64,000 nt of DNA from contig PYIZ01000009.1 of the NCBI GenBank assembly GCA_003635265.1, forward strand, positions 22,270 through 86,269. The letters are read 5' to 3'. Source of the stretch: Candidatus Poribacteria bacterium (GTDB taxonomy: Bacteria; Poribacteria; WGA-4E; PCPOR2b). Position numbers and translations under genes: made by a program. Positions 1 through 10,111 of the stretch are shown piece by piece; positions within the stretch are counted from its first letter, which is position 1; every line of letters starts with the position of its first letter. The notes below the pieces were generated by a model that saw nothing but the letters and a program-made list of their open reading frames with translations, made no database searches and was not told where the DNA came from.

Positions 1-45
1 TGGGTATAGTGCTAACACAAGCTCTTACGGAATAGGAGGTAACAT

Positions 46-402
46 TTGGCAGTACGAATTAGACTTCAGCGGCATGGAAAAAAAAGGCGTCCTTTTTATC
101 GATTGGTGGCCGCTGACTCTCGAAGCCAAAGAGATGGACGTTTTATCGAACGGATTGGGCATTATGATCCGATGACCGATCCGGCAAACATTGTAATTGA
201 CGCGGAAAAGGCATTAAAATGGTTGAGGACTGGTGCACAACCTTCTGACACAGCCAAAGATCTCATGTCAAAAGCTGGCGTTTGGGAACAATTCATAAAC
301 GAAAAAGAGGGACGGCCTACTCCAACGCCAGAAACAGAGTCAACACCTGCTTCAGAAGAAGGTTCCGCTTCTGCCGAAGAATCAGCAGAAGAAGCTAATT
401 AG
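46..402 (+). CDS. rpsP: 30S ribosomal protein S16 (TTG start), with an acidic low-complexity C-terminal extension
   Basis: N-terminus [26 protein letters not shown]...GHYDP is the S16 signature. RBS GGAGG lies about 8 nt upstream. The tail [28 protein letters not shown] is extra. Confidence 0.9.
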   Translation: MAVRIRLQRHGKKRRPFYRLVAADSRSQRDGRFIERIGHYDPMTDPANIVIDAEKALKWLRTGAQPSDTAKDLMSKAGVWEQFINEKEGRPTPTPETESTPASEEGSASAEESAEEAN

Positions 403-404
403 TG

Positions 405-500
405 TCCCGCCTACAGACTTACGCATTTCAGCGCAGTTGGTGCGGAGCAAGTCCGGGGGGAACCTTCCGCAAGCGGAATCCCGATGAATCGGGACGTGAC
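405..500. repeat. Divergent or rearranged member of the composite repeat / REP family between rpsP and the KH gene
   Basis: Contains CCCGCCTACAGACTTACGCA, the palindrome CCCGATGAATCGGGAC (478-493), and GATGCCCCGCTATAG, all modules seen in copies B-D. Confidence 0.5.
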
Positions 501-569
501 CAGGGATGCCCCGCTATAGTTGGCTGCGTAAGTGCTATTGATGTAAAACCGCGTATTTAGGGGGATCCC

Positions 570-821
570 ATGCTCAAGGATTTGATTGAATATCTTGCAA
601 AATCCCTCGTTGATTATCCAGATCAGGTCAGTGTCAACGAAGTCGAGGGTAACACTGTGACTATTCTTGAACTGAGCGTTGTCCCTGAAGATCTAGGAAA
701 AGTCATTGGGAAACAGGGGCGCACAGCCAAGGCAATGCGATCTCTGCTACTTGCTGCGGGAGTCAAAGCACGTAAAAAGGCAATACTTGAAATTGTCGAA
801 CACCGTCAAGCGGTAGAGTAA
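570..821 (+). CDS. KH-domain RNA-binding protein (YlqC/UPF0109 family)
   Basis: 83 aa. The VIGKQGRTAKAMRSLL motif (GxxG KH loop) is present. It sits in the conserved position after rpsP. Confidence 0.75.
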   Translation: MLKDLIEYLAKSLVDYPDQVSVNEVEGNTVTILELSVVPEDLGKVIGKQGRTAKAMRSLLLAAGVKARKKAILEIVEHRQAVE

Positions 822-853
822 GCATTTGCAATCCTACCGACTCACTATGACGA

Positions 854-1276
854 ATGAGTGGGAGAGATATGGCTGTTATTGTCAAAAGACCTGTTATTCT
901 GAAAAATATTGTGACCCCCGCTTTTAAGGAGCAACTCACGAAGGAGTTAGAGCACACGATTCGCCAGATTGAAACATGGCTGCAGCAAGAGGAATTCCAA
1001 AGTCGACGTTTGATTGCGGAAGCTCAAAAGCGAGATCCACGTCGTGTTAATCAGTTGCGCGAAGAGGTTCACCAAGAGCGCGAAAAACAGGAGCAGGTGA
1101 AAAGCAATCTCAGCCAGAAGTTAGCGCAAGTTAAGGAACTTGAGATTGACACCCTTTTTACCAGCGGAACGTATGATGCGCCTGTCAAAATTGAGGTAGG
1201 GGATGACATCCGCGCCAAACTGTCTCAGGCAGAGATTATCGTCAAAGATGGAGTTGTCGTCCAAGTGATTGAATGA
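854..1276 (+). CDS. YlqD-like coiled-coil protein (hypothetical) occupying the slot where rimM usually sits
   Basis: 140 aa, charged coiled-coil middle, no PRC-barrel motifs of RimM. Its 3' end overlaps the trmD start by 4 bp. Confidence 0.45.
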   Translation: MSGRDMAVIVKRPVILKNIVTPAFKEQLTKELEHTIRQIETWLQQEEFQSRRLIAEAQKRDPRRVNQLREEVHQEREKQEQVKSNLSQKLAQVKELEIDTLFTSGTYDAPVKIEVGDDIRAKLSQAEIIVKDGVVVQVIE

Positions 1277-2016
1277 GAATTGACATCATTACCATTTTTC
1301 CAGAGGTCATCCTGCCGGTGTTGCAAGCTGGTATCTTGAGGCGTGCACAAGCCAGAGACATATTGGCAGTCAACGTTCACAACCTGCGCGATTTTACGAC
1401 AGACCGCCATCAAACAGTTGATGACTATCCTTACGGGGGCGGTGCAGGCATGATTTTGAAACCGGAGCCGCTTTTCGCCGCGATCCGGACGCTACAACCG
1501 GAGTCAACTGCGCGTATTATTTACCTGACCCCACAAGGAACTCCCTTTAACCAAGCATGTGCTGAAGCTCTGTCTCTTGAATCGCACCTCATCTTGATCT
1601 GCGGACGCTACAAAGGTATTGACGAGCGAGTACGTATTAAACTGGTTACAGATGAGATTTCGATAGGCGATTATGTCCTCAGCGGTGGAGAAATTCCGGC
1701 GCTGGTCTTGGTTGATGCGATTGGTCGAGTTTTGCCGCGTGCGTTGGGAAATTACGAATCAGCACAGGAGGATTCATTTAGTCAGGGCTTGCTAGATTGT
1801 CCTCATTACACGCGACCCGTTGAGTATGAGGGGATGAAGGTCCCTGATATCCTGTTGAGTGGGCACCATGAAAACATTACGCATTGGCAACGCGAACAGT
1901 CTCTCAAGCGGACTGCTGAACGCCGTCCCGATTTACTCAAGAACGTTGAACTTTCGACTGAAGACGTTGCCTACTTGGGTTCCCTGAAGGAATCAGATGT
2001 AACGAGTCATGCATAA
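1273..2016 (+). CDS. trmD: tRNA (guanine37-N1)-methyltransferase
   Basis: [11 protein letters not shown]... N-terminus and the [13 protein letters not shown] and [11 protein letters not shown] motifs are typical of TrmD. Length 247 aa. Confidence 0.9.
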   Translation: MRIDIITIFPEVILPVLQAGILRRAQARDILAVNVHNLRDFTTDRHQTVDDYPYGGGAGMILKPEPLFAAIRTLQPESTARIIYLTPQGTPFNQACAEALSLESHLILICGRYKGIDERVRIKLVTDEISIGDYVLSGGEIPALVLVDAIGRVLPRALGNYESAQEDSFSQGLLDCPHYTRPVEYEGMKVPDILLSGHHENITHWQREQSLKRTAERRPDLLKNVELSTEDVAYLGSLKESDVTSHA

Positions 2017-2186
2017 GATGTAAGAAGAAACTTTTGTCTCGATTTTTCCCGGGATCTGTCCTACTGGAAGTAAAGGCAGAATAGAGGGATAGGTTGTTTT
2101 TCCGCGCTATTTCTCTCCTGTTTCTCGCGGGCATAACGGCAAATTTTGAGGTTGTAAGCAGCTAAGATGAAAGGAGGAACCAAACG

Positions 2187-2546
2187 ATGAATCTTATTGA
2201 GTCTGTTGAGAGCGAACATATAAAAGCCGATATTCCTGATTTTGGACCCGGAGATCTCGTAAGGGTCAACACCCGTATCCGAGAGGGTTCAAAAGAACGT
2301 ATCCAAGCCTATGAAGGAACGGTCATTCGGCGATCAAATGGTGGGTTGGGTGAAACATTTACCGTCCGACGCGTTGCTTATGGCGAAGGGAGTGAAAGGA
2401 CCTTTCCCGCACATTCCCCAAACATTGAAAGCGTTCAGGTTATTCGATACGGCGCTATCCGCCGAGCAAAACTGTACTATCTGCGAGACCGAACCGGAAA
2501 AGGTATCCGAATCCGTGAAAGGCGGCAAACTACCGATAACGCATAG
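2187..2546 (+). CDS. rplS: 50S ribosomal protein L19
   Basis: 119 aa. The tract ...[24 protein letters not shown]...TFTVRRV... is the L19 signature. Synteny trmD-rplS. Confidence 0.9.
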   Translation: MNLIESVESEHIKADIPDFGPGDLVRVNTRIREGSKERIQAYEGTVIRRSNGGLGETFTVRRVAYGEGSERTFPAHSPNIESVQVIRYGAIRRAKLYYLRDRTGKGIRIRERRQTTDNA

Positions 2547-3156
2547 AGAGAACTATCCAGCGGAGGTACAACAGTTTGAACAAACCCTACGACAGCAGGG
2601 CTATCAGCGTATCGCAGGAATTGACGAGGCTGGGCGAGGAGCATTAGCCGGTCCTGTTGTCGCAGCAGCTGTTATTCTTCCTATCAACTGTCAGATTTCA
2701 GGTATGACAGATTCAAAACAGCTGACCCCCAAACGGCGGGTTGAATTGTTCGACGAGATCCATCACACAGCCGTAGGGGTTGGTGTGGGTCGTGTTGGGA
2801 ATGAGGAGATTGATCGGATTAATATCCTTCAAGCTACAATGGCTGCAATGGCTCAGGCTATTGCAGAGATCACGCCTGCCCCGGATTATGCGCTTATAGA
2901 TGGCACACATCTGCCTGAAATCTCTCTACCTGCCGAAGCGATTCCAAAGGGAGATACTCTTATCCAGTCTATTGCTGCTGCTTCAATTATCGCGAAAGTC
3001 ACGCGAGATCACCTGATGATTGAACTCGATGAAACCTATCCGGGCTACAGTTTCCAAGTCCACAAAGGATACGGCACACTTGTGCATCGTCAAGCAATTG
3101 CCCAACTCGGTCCCTGCCCTATCCACCGACGTAGTTTTAAGCTTCAGTCAAAATGA
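2380..3156 (+). CDS. rnhB: Ribonuclease HII (start codon uncertain)
   Basis: [21 protein letters not shown] and [10 protein letters not shown] motifs. The annotated ORF begins at 2311 inside rplS. The catalytic domain begins about 2590. There is no canonical start between 2547 and 2590, so the start may overlap rplS (ATG 2380) or use an atypical codon. Confidence 0.8.
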   Translation: MAKGVKGPFPHIPQTLKAFRLFDTALSAEQNCTICETEPEKVSESVKGGKLPITHRENYPAEVQQFEQTLRQQGYQRIAGIDEAGRGALAGPVVAAAVILPINCQISGMTDSKQLTPKRRVELFDEIHHTAVGVGVGRVGNEEIDRINILQATMAAMAQAIAEITPAPDYALIDGTHLPEISLPAEAIPKGDTLIQSIAAASIIAKVTRDHLMIELDETYPGYSFQVHKGYGTLVHRQAIAQLGPCPIHRRSFKLQSK

Positions 3157-3533
3157 GCGACTCCAGAATTAAGGTAGGAAAGATCGGTGAAACCCTTGCC
3201 ATTGAGCATTTCAAAGCGCAAGGATATGAAATTCGCGCACGGAACTACCGCACGCGTTCAGGTGAGATTGATCTCATTGTTCAGCGTGGAAAACGGGTTG
3301 TGTTTGTTGAAGTCAAGACGCGTCGGAGCAGCAAATTTGGCCTACCACAAGCGGCTGTTACTCCTGCCAAACAGAGGCAAGTATCCAAGATTGCGCTGAG
3401 TTATCTGCAAAGGCACAACCTCCTAGATGTTCCCTGCCAATTCGACGTTGTTGCAATTGTCCTGTCTTGGAAATTTGAGCTAATCAAACTTCAGCACATT
3501 GAAAATGCGTTTGAATTCTACGCCAACGGTTGA
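3153..3533 (+). CDS. YraN-family (UPF0102) endonuclease-like protein
   Basis: 126 aa. GETLAIEHFKAQGYEI...GEIDLIV...VVFVEVKTRR is the YraN pattern. Conserved neighbour of rnhB. Confidence 0.8.
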   Translation: MSDSRIKVGKIGETLAIEHFKAQGYEIRARNYRTRSGEIDLIVQRGKRVVFVEVKTRRSSKFGLPQAAVTPAKQRQVSKIALSYLQRHNLLDVPCQFDVVAIVLSWKFELIKLQHIENAFEFYANG

Positions 3534-3604
3534 TAAACATCCACGCAATTGCATCAATTTTTACTGGATTCTGTATCGTATTTTATAATAGCAGTTTGGG
3601 AAAG

Positions 3605-4501
3605 TTACTTCGCATCTAAACTGGATAGCATATTCCGAAGATAAACAGCATCCTCTTTTGCCCACTGCTCCAGATTCGGCGGTGTGGTCTCGGCATACCC
3701 CACCTGACGAATAATTGATTCATCGAAGCGGTACTCCGTATGCACCGTTAGGGGTCCATCAAAACCGCTTTCGCACAGAAGTCCCAAATAACGCCTCCAA
3801 TCAACACCCCCATCACCCAGCTTTACAAAACAGGGAACATAAGGGGGAGTATGATCGGGCTGCGAGAGGTAGAGGGAATCTTTGATTCCAATAACGGACA
3901 GATAATCTCCGATCATCGCTAGCCCCATCGCCCAATCCTCGCCATCAAGCAGGAGATGTCCGGGATCGGGGTAGGCGCCGATGTGCTGTGGATCGAAACC
4001 TCTAATAAGATGCATCAGTCCTGCACAGTTTGATCCGATACAGGCACCGCTGTGGATCTGGTAACAGGTTTGTATCCCATATTTCTCACTAAATGCACTA
4101 AACCCCTCAAGCTCCCGGCGTGCAGCATCAATCACTTGCCAATAATCGTCTCCTTCGTTAAACCGCCAGAATCCGATTTTGAGGCGCGGGATGCCTGCTT
4201 CTGCACACGCTGCATATAATCCTTCTACCTCCGGCGCATTCGGATTTGTTATATCTGTCGCCGCTGTTGCCAACGGACAGGTGAGGTTCTGTCTCGCCCA
4301 AACTTTCATCGCTTTGGGGAGTGCCTCGACAACGTTATCGACGTGGATAGGGTGTCCGGGACGGACGCAGATATCTACCCCATCGTAGCCGAGTTCGATA
4401 GCTTTCTCGCCAAGTTGTTCGACAGATAGCTCCGTAAAGAACTTAGAATTTAGTACGATTTCCATGTAGAGTTCCTCCAATAGTTTATGGTATAAGGCCA
4501 T
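3605..4501 (-). CDS. Sugar phosphate isomerase/epimerase (xylose-isomerase-like TIM barrel)
   Basis: 298 aa. ELGYDGVD...FWRFNEGDDYW...HTEY are TIM-barrel AP-endonuclease-2 / xylose-isomerase-like motifs. Confidence 0.7.
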   Translation of the reverse strand: MALYHKLLEELYMEIVLNSKFFTELSVEQLGEKAIELGYDGVDICVRPGHPIHVDNVVEALPKAMKVWARQNLTCPLATAATDITNPNAPEVEGLYAACAEAGIPRLKIGFWRFNEGDDYWQVIDAARRELEGFSAFSEKYGIQTCYQIHSGACIGSNCAGLMHLIRGFDPQHIGAYPDPGHLLLDGEDWAMGLAMIGDYLSVIGIKDSLYLSQPDHTPPYVPCFVKLGDGGVDWRRYLGLLCESGFDGPLTVHTEYRFDESIIRQVGYAETTPPNLEQWAKEDAVYLRNMLSSLDAK

Positions 4502-6076
4502 CTAGTCGCGATTGAAATGCTTGCCGGGCAGATACTTGATCTCCAACTCGACATCGCGGACGTAACACTGAGGGGTTACATCAGGATCGCGCAGCAGCAG
4601 TGTGACTTCGAAGACGTTCTCACCTGTTTGGGGCCAGTGGCTAGGGTCAAGACGGTAAACGAACCAATAGCCTGAACCGGTGCGGTAACGTGGTGCACGC
4701 ATACGGTACATCTCGTTGATTTTTCGCAGTAGATGTGCCGGTAACTCTACGCCGTTGAGTTGAAAACGCAGTTGGTCGTTTTCGGTGGTGTTCATGATTC
4801 GGACCCGTAAGAGAACCTCGTGCACCCTGCCCACGTGCGCCCACCGGGGAAGGTCGTCGCTAATCGTTAGCGCTAACTGAACAGGTACGTGCACAGCCAA
4901 GTCAGCGGGCAGTTGCGATGTGAGTTCCGGACTCGAAAAGCGACCGGCTACTGTGGGGATATGATAGAATTTATCCTTGGGTGCCATAATGTCGGGATGG
5001 GGCAACTCTCGGAGTTTTTCATAGAATGAGGCATCATAGGGCCAGTTCGTGAACCACTGACTGATATAAAGTCCGTCAATGCCTTGTGCCCAGTAGTTGC
5101 AAGCCGCAGCACGAATCATTTCAATCGACGCTTCGCCCAAGCGGTCAGAGTCTACATTGCTGTCGATAGCGGCGTGAATGCGGCACTTTGTCCCTTTGGC
5201 AGACTCTACCAAGGAACAGAGATCGTCAAGGAGGGGTGCTTCATAGGTCAAGGAAGTACCGTTTGGATCCCGCAACTCAGGTCTTGCGAGTGCTTGAGCG
5301 ATGAGAACATCCACGATGCCTTGCCGCATCCATTCCTGTGGATCCAAACCACGGGACAGACAAGTCTCGACATTCGACGGGATGCTAATTGCCAATTCTC
5401 GCTCGGAGCCACTTCGTTTTACCGCCTCATAGACCTGTTCAACCCACTCGGTCATGATTTGACGCCCCTTGTCCACTTCATCTGGGTGGAAGTAGTGGGG
5501 CCAGAAATTGAACTGGAGCTCGAATCCATCGACCTCATAATTGGTGAGCACCTCTGAGATGAGTGCGAATCGTTCATCACGGACGGCTTGGTGCATGAAA
5601 TCAGCGCAGTGGATACCCGGGAAACTAGGGTCTAAGTTACCCTTTGCGCCGATCTCTAGATGCTTGTTATCCAATCGAAAATCCGAGCTGCGAATATCGT
5701 ATCCGCCTCCCCCTCGCTCGCCGCTCTCCAGCTGCATCAGCAGTGTAGGGTAGAACAGTAACCCCACATCATGGGCGCGATCACAGATTATCCGCAAGGG
5801 ATCGTTGCCCTCTTGGATCAGATGCAGCGCATTTTGGTATGTCCGACGAAAGATAAGATGGTTCCATTTTTGGACATTATGCCCCCACAGCTCGCCAACC
5901 TCTGTATCGTGTAGGACGGTCCGCCCATCTCCCAAGCAAAACATCAGTGCCTCGACAGGAGTACCAGCTAGCTCATCAACTGCTGCCTCGCACTCCTCCT
6001 TCTGCATCGCGGGTTCGTACATGTAGAGAAGCGGATGGCGTCCATCGTGGTAGAACATGATACGTGGCTTTCGCAT
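4502..6076 (-). CDS. Hypothetical 524-aa cytoplasmic protein, possibly a glycoside-hydrolase-like TIM barrel; co-transcribed with the isomerase (0-bp gap)
   Basis: Long ORF with uniform coding texture, no signal peptide, no recognisable catalytic motif. Functional call is inference from context. Confidence 0.35.
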   Translation of the reverse strand: MRKPRIMFYHDGRHPLLYMYEPAMQKEECEAAVDELAGTPVEALMFCLGDGRTVLHDTEVGELWGHNVQKWNHLIFRRTYQNALHLIQEGNDPLRIICDRAHDVGLLFYPTLLMQLESGERGGGGYDIRSSDFRLDNKHLEIGAKGNLDPSFPGIHCADFMHQAVRDERFALISEVLTNYEVDGFELQFNFWPHYFHPDEVDKGRQIMTEWVEQVYEAVKRSGSERELAISIPSNVETCLSRGLDPQEWMRQGIVDVLIAQALARPELRDPNGTSLTYEAPLLDDLCSLVESAKGTKCRIHAAIDSNVDSDRLGEASIEMIRAAACNYWAQGIDGLYISQWFTNWPYDASFYEKLRELPHPDIMAPKDKFYHIPTVAGRFSSPELTSQLPADLAVHVPVQLALTISDDLPRWAHVGRVHEVLLRVRIMNTTENDQLRFQLNGVELPAHLLRKINEMYRMRAPRYRTGSGYWFVYRLDPSHWPQTGENVFEVTLLLRDPDVTPQCYVRDVELEIKYLPGKHFNRD

Positions 6077-6408
6077 GGCAGATCCCTTCGTTTGAGATGA
6101 CCGATTTTGGGGTCAGGATTGGTAAACTCCTATTTTGCCATGACGGGCTTCCGAAAGTCAAGGGGATAGCTGTATTGAATTAGGGTTATTTAATGAGATG
6201 TCGGGATTCGGATATCCCTCTTACAGGATGCCCCTATGTATCGGTTGCAAGTGGAAGTGGTGAATTATTCTCTTTTTTGGCTCTCTTTTTTGAGTAATTC
6301 TTGCTATAATGTATATTACAGCGATCGAAGGCAAGGTAGCATCAAATCTAAAAAAATACAACGCTATTGATGAGACTATCAAACTGTGTAGGCGAAAGGA
6401 TCGTTATT

Positions 6409-7815
6409 ATGATCGATCAGCAGTATCTTCTCAATGACGAAGAGGTGCAGAACTTCATCAAAAATGGGTATATCACAGTCCACCCCGATTTACCCGACCT
6501 CCACGAAGAAATCTACCGGGAGACTGCAGCGATATTTGAGAAAGAGGGGGATCCGCGGAATCATATCCTTCAAAAAGTTCCTGCGCTGCGTCAGGTGTTT
6601 GCCCATCCGACTGTCCGCGGTGTCTTGACCAGTCTTTTGGGACCAAATTACATGATGCACCCGCATCGCCATGCACACATGAAGCAGCCGGGACAGAAAG
6701 GTGGTGCTTGGCATCAGGATGGCAGATCGAAACATTTCACAACGAAAGACCACGGGTGGCTTTTTGAATGGAGACGACACCATCGGTTTCGGTCTGTTTG
6801 GGCGTGGTATTATCCGCAGGAGGTCACCGAAGATATGGGGCCGACAGCGGTGATACCGGGGGTACAGTACTACGATTTGGAAAGTATGCGGCACTACAAC
6901 AATGCCTACGCTGATCCGAAGATTGGCGCGCTGCTTTGTGGAAAGGCGGGCACGATAACGATCGGTCATTACCATCAGTGGCACAGCAGTTGGGGGACAA
7001 ATCACAGCAACAAGAATCGTTACATGATCAAGTTTCTCCTCACCCGCACAGAAGAGCCGCAACAGCCCTCTTGGAACGCCAACGGCATGATCTCAACAGA
7101 TACTAACGACGCACCGACACCCGGTCAAGGAGCGGTCTGGAACCATGTGTGGGGTTGGCTAAAGGGAGATAATGCGGCGATGGAAAAAAATAGGGGTAGA
7201 AATGGAAACCACGTTTCTGAGTTGATTGCCGCATTGCGTGATACCTCCGCGCCGGCTCGTCTGAATGCTGTCTATGCCCTCGGAGCAATTGGTGAGTCTG
7301 CTGTGGATCCACTGATAGAGGTGCTGCGTCAGACTGCTGAACCTGTTGAGACTACGGAGGAGCCTATCTTAACCCATGCGGCGTATGCCTTGAGTGCGAT
7401 TGGGGCAGCCGCTGTTCCTGCATTAACTTCCGTACTGAACGACGATGCGGCGTGGTGGATGCGTGCGACTGCAGCGGATACCTTGGGAGATATCGGTGAA
7501 CCCACTGCAGAAGCGGTTCCCACGTTGATTCAGGCTCTGGATGATTCGTCTGAGTGGGTCCGTCGTAATGCCGTGAATGCGTTAGGAACTATTGGCGAAG
7601 GGACGGAGGCATTGAAAACGGCTTTGAAGGACGACCATCCGTTGGTTCGCTGCAATGCGGTGAATGCACTAGCAAGAGCGTGCAAAGGAGTTGATACAGA
7701 AATTGATGCTGCTAGCCGTGCACTATCAACGGTGATGTATGACGACGAATACGCTATCATCCGTGAATACGCCATTGCTGCGCTAGAAGAGATAGATATA
7801 GACGCTAGCAATTAA
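6409..7815 (+). CDS. Phytanoyl-CoA dioxygenase (PhyH)-like Fe(II)/2OG oxygenase domain fused to five C-terminal PBS-lyase HEAT-like repeats
   Basis: N-terminal domain has the WHQDG (HxD) motif. The C-terminus has repeated ...NAVxALGxIG units (LNAVYALGAIG, THAAYALSAIG, RRNAVNALGTIG, VRCNAVNALA). The ORF opens at 6367, but the RBS favours ATG 6409 (MIDQQY). Confidence 0.7.
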   Translation: MIDQQYLLNDEEVQNFIKNGYITVHPDLPDLHEEIYRETAAIFEKEGDPRNHILQKVPALRQVFAHPTVRGVLTSLLGPNYMMHPHRHAHMKQPGQKGGAWHQDGRSKHFTTKDHGWLFEWRRHHRFRSVWAWYYPQEVTEDMGPTAVIPGVQYYDLESMRHYNNAYADPKIGALLCGKAGTITIGHYHQWHSSWGTNHSNKNRYMIKFLLTRTEEPQQPSWNANGMISTDTNDAPTPGQGAVWNHVWGWLKGDNAAMEKNRGRNGNHVSELIAALRDTSAPARLNAVYALGAIGESAVDPLIEVLRQTAEPVETTEEPILTHAAYALSAIGAAAVPALTSVLNDDAAWWMRATAADTLGDIGEPTAEAVPTLIQALDDSSEWVRRNAVNALGTIGEGTEALKTALKDDHPLVRCNAVNALARACKGVDTEIDAASRALSTVMYDDEYAIIREYAIAALEEIDIDASN

Positions 7816-8396
7816 TCATGTTCTAAAAGGCCACCGGCGTCTAACACACGCCAAAAGGTGTAATCCGCGTGATGGACGATTGTGTTTTCTAAGCTGCGCA
7901 CAACTAACTCACCCTCACCCGAATGTGCACCCGCCGTATGTGCGACCGCTTCTGGCAGCCCGACGGTCAGGCAGACGTGGACGCCGTAGCCCGGATGCCG
8001 AATTGATGGAAACCCAGCGGCGCTCGGCGATTCTCGCCAGCGGGCTTGGTTCTCCGGATCGAATTCCCACGGCTTGCCTACGTCGTGGCACAACGCGCAA
8101 GCAATTAGAAGATCGCGGTCTAGCTCAAGTTCGGGAAACATCGCCGTCAATTCATCGCCGGTTCGCATAGCAAGCAGCGTGACCCCACGAATATGGTGGG
8201 TCTGTGTCCCCCGTTTGAGCGGCGGCGTGTCCGGATTGCCCGACGCACGAATTTCGTCAATGGATTTGAATGAGCTCTTCCCAAGAGAATAAGCCCACGC
8301 ATCAATAACCTGATTCCGCAATGTTTTGTCGCCAATCTCGTTCACTTCCGGTAACGAGCGAATCACCGATTGTCGTAACTCTTCAGAAATTTGCAT
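7812..8396 (-). CDS. HD-domain phosphohydrolase
   Basis: 194 aa. H...HD motif (LCHDVGK) plus a downstream HHADY. Confidence 0.65.
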   Translation of the reverse strand: MQISEELRQSVIRSLPEVNEIGDKTLRNQVIDAWAYSLGKSSFKSIDEIRASGNPDTPPLKRGTQTHHIRGVTLLAMRTGDELTAMFPELELDRDLLIACALCHDVGKPWEFDPENQARWRESPSAAGFPSIRHPGYGVHVCLTVGLPEAVAHTAGAHSGEGELVVRSLENTIVHHADYTFWRVLDAGGLLEHD

Positions 8397-8411
8397 AATC
8401 TCCTCCTAATG

Positions 8412-10046
8412 CTAAAACATGGAAAAGTCGATTTCCTTTGCTGTGATGAATTCCAACAAGGTTGGAACACCTTCTTCTGTTTTCTGAATCCCACGTTTGA
8501 TAGCAGGGATAATCTGGTCCGGGGTTTCTATCCGCTCACCGTAGCCGCCGAATGCCTTTGCCATGTCCGCATAGTTTCCAGATATATCTGTGCTGCGATA
8601 TTTCTCGGTGGAGAGCTGCATAATCGGCAATTCAATCGCCATGGAGAAGTTGTTGAACAGGACTGACATGATGGGGATACCCGCTCTGACGGCAGTCTCG
8701 AAATCCATACCTGTGAACCCGATGGCAGCATCACCCCAGATGTTGATACATAGCTTGCTTGGCTCTGCGAGTTTCGCGCCCATCATCAATCCAAGTCCAT
8801 ATCCCAATTGTGTGGTTTTGCCCCAGCCGATATAGGACAACGGCGTAACTGATTCCCAGAAGGGTGAAAGCTGATCGCGCGGACTTCCGGCGTCGTGAGT
8901 GATGATCGTGTTTGCCACATCTACCGTGTTCATCAGATCCCGAATCACCCGGTAAGGTGAGAGGGGAACCTCGTCGGAATTCAGTTTGGAACTCCACTGT
9001 GTTAACCATTCCCGATTGACCGTTTGAATCTCCTGCGTTACGCTTTCACGGCGACCTCGTGGGGTGCCGTTCAGACGCGCACGCACTTCATCCACCAACG
9101 CCTCCAGAGTCAAGCGAGCGTCTCCCACTAGAGCGTGTTCCACCGCTACATCTTTGTTGAGGTCCGCTGCATCCAACGTGGCATGAATAATTGTTTTGCC
9201 TTTCGGCATGGTCGGTGCGTAGTTGGTGATATTGAAACTGCACCCGATCCCGAAAATGACATCGGCATTTTCCAGAAAGTGGTGCACCGGTTTCGGCATA
9301 GAGCGACCACCGGAACCGAGAGATAGGGGATGGTTTTCAGGAAAGGCACTCTTGCCACCGAGACTAGTGGTTACGGGTGCCTCCAGAAGTTCGGCGAGTT
9401 CTCTTAAAGCGTCCCACCCTTTGGCGTAGTGGACACCTTGGCCTGCGTAAAGTACAGGTCGTTCTGCCTCTAGCAAGACATCGGCGATTTTTGGAATCGC
9501 GTTGGGATCTGGCGCGGGGCGCGTGACCGGTGCGGGTTGGTAATTCAAGGGTTCAGAGAGTTCCTCCGGTAACACATCGTTGGGAAATTCCACCAATGCC
9601 GGACGGGGCCTGCCGTTCTTTACCTGAGTGAAGGCACGTCTCAGGGCATCTGGTGCTGCTTCGGGTAGAATGACCTGTTCGCAGGACTTGGTAACATTCT
9701 GGAAGTTGAGGAAGGAATTGAAGTTAGGTGGAACATTGGTCAGGGAACGCGAGTAGCCCATTGGCAGCACCACGATTGGCACTGAGTCGCCGTAAGCTTG
9801 TGCGACCCCACCGAAGGCGTTTTCCGAACCGGGACCGCTCTGCATACAGAACACCCCGATACGTTCGCCGGACGACACACGACTAAACGCATCTGCCATG
9901 TGAAGACCGATGCGCTCTTGGCGAACGATGATTGGACGGATTCCTACAGCGGCGGCGGCATCGATGATAGGATTGACTGGATAGGCAAACAGGTATTCGA
10001 CACCCTCTGCCTTCAAAATGTGAGCAACAGCATCAGCAACTTTCAT
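8412..10046 (-). CDS. Thiamine-pyrophosphate-dependent enzyme (acetolactate-synthase/Xsc-like family)
   Basis: 544 aa. N-terminal Pyr domain (GVEYLFAYPVNPI...CMQSGPGSENAFGG). C-terminal PP domain GDAAIGFTGMDFETAVRAGIPIMSVLFNN (GDG-x24-NN-like). Confidence 0.8.
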   Translation of the reverse strand: MKVADAVAHILKAEGVEYLFAYPVNPIIDAAAAVGIRPIIVRQERIGLHMADAFSRVSSGERIGVFCMQSGPGSENAFGGVAQAYGDSVPIVVLPMGYSRSLTNVPPNFNSFLNFQNVTKSCEQVILPEAAPDALRRAFTQVKNGRPRPALVEFPNDVLPEELSEPLNYQPAPVTRPAPDPNAIPKIADVLLEAERPVLYAGQGVHYAKGWDALRELAELLEAPVTTSLGGKSAFPENHPLSLGSGGRSMPKPVHHFLENADVIFGIGCSFNITNYAPTMPKGKTIIHATLDAADLNKDVAVEHALVGDARLTLEALVDEVRARLNGTPRGRRESVTQEIQTVNREWLTQWSSKLNSDEVPLSPYRVIRDLMNTVDVANTIITHDAGSPRDQLSPFWESVTPLSYIGWGKTTQLGYGLGLMMGAKLAEPSKLCINIWGDAAIGFTGMDFETAVRAGIPIMSVLFNNFSMAIELPIMQLSTEKYRSTDISGNYADMAKAFGGYGERIETPDQIIPAIKRGIQKTEEGVPTLLEFITAKEIDFSMF

Positions 10047-10111
10047 AGAATCTCCTTATTTTTTTAAATGAGTGGCTCGTGTAAAAATAGAGTGCAACTA
10101 CGGTGAAGGGG

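Noticed and set aside
5084-5557. 157-aa + strand ORF inside the 524-aa hypothetical gene
   Set aside because: Antisense overlap with a longer, better-supported ORF and no independent signals.
6280-6330. TTGAGT...TATAAT as a promoter for the PhyH-HEAT gene
   Set aside because: The spacer is only about 9 bp (or 22 bp using the alternative TTGGCT), so the -35/-10 geometry is wrong.
6490-7062. 190-aa ORF on the minus strand
   Set aside because: Entirely antisense to the PhyH-HEAT gene, with no RBS or motif. A typical shadow ORF of a GC-biased coding region.
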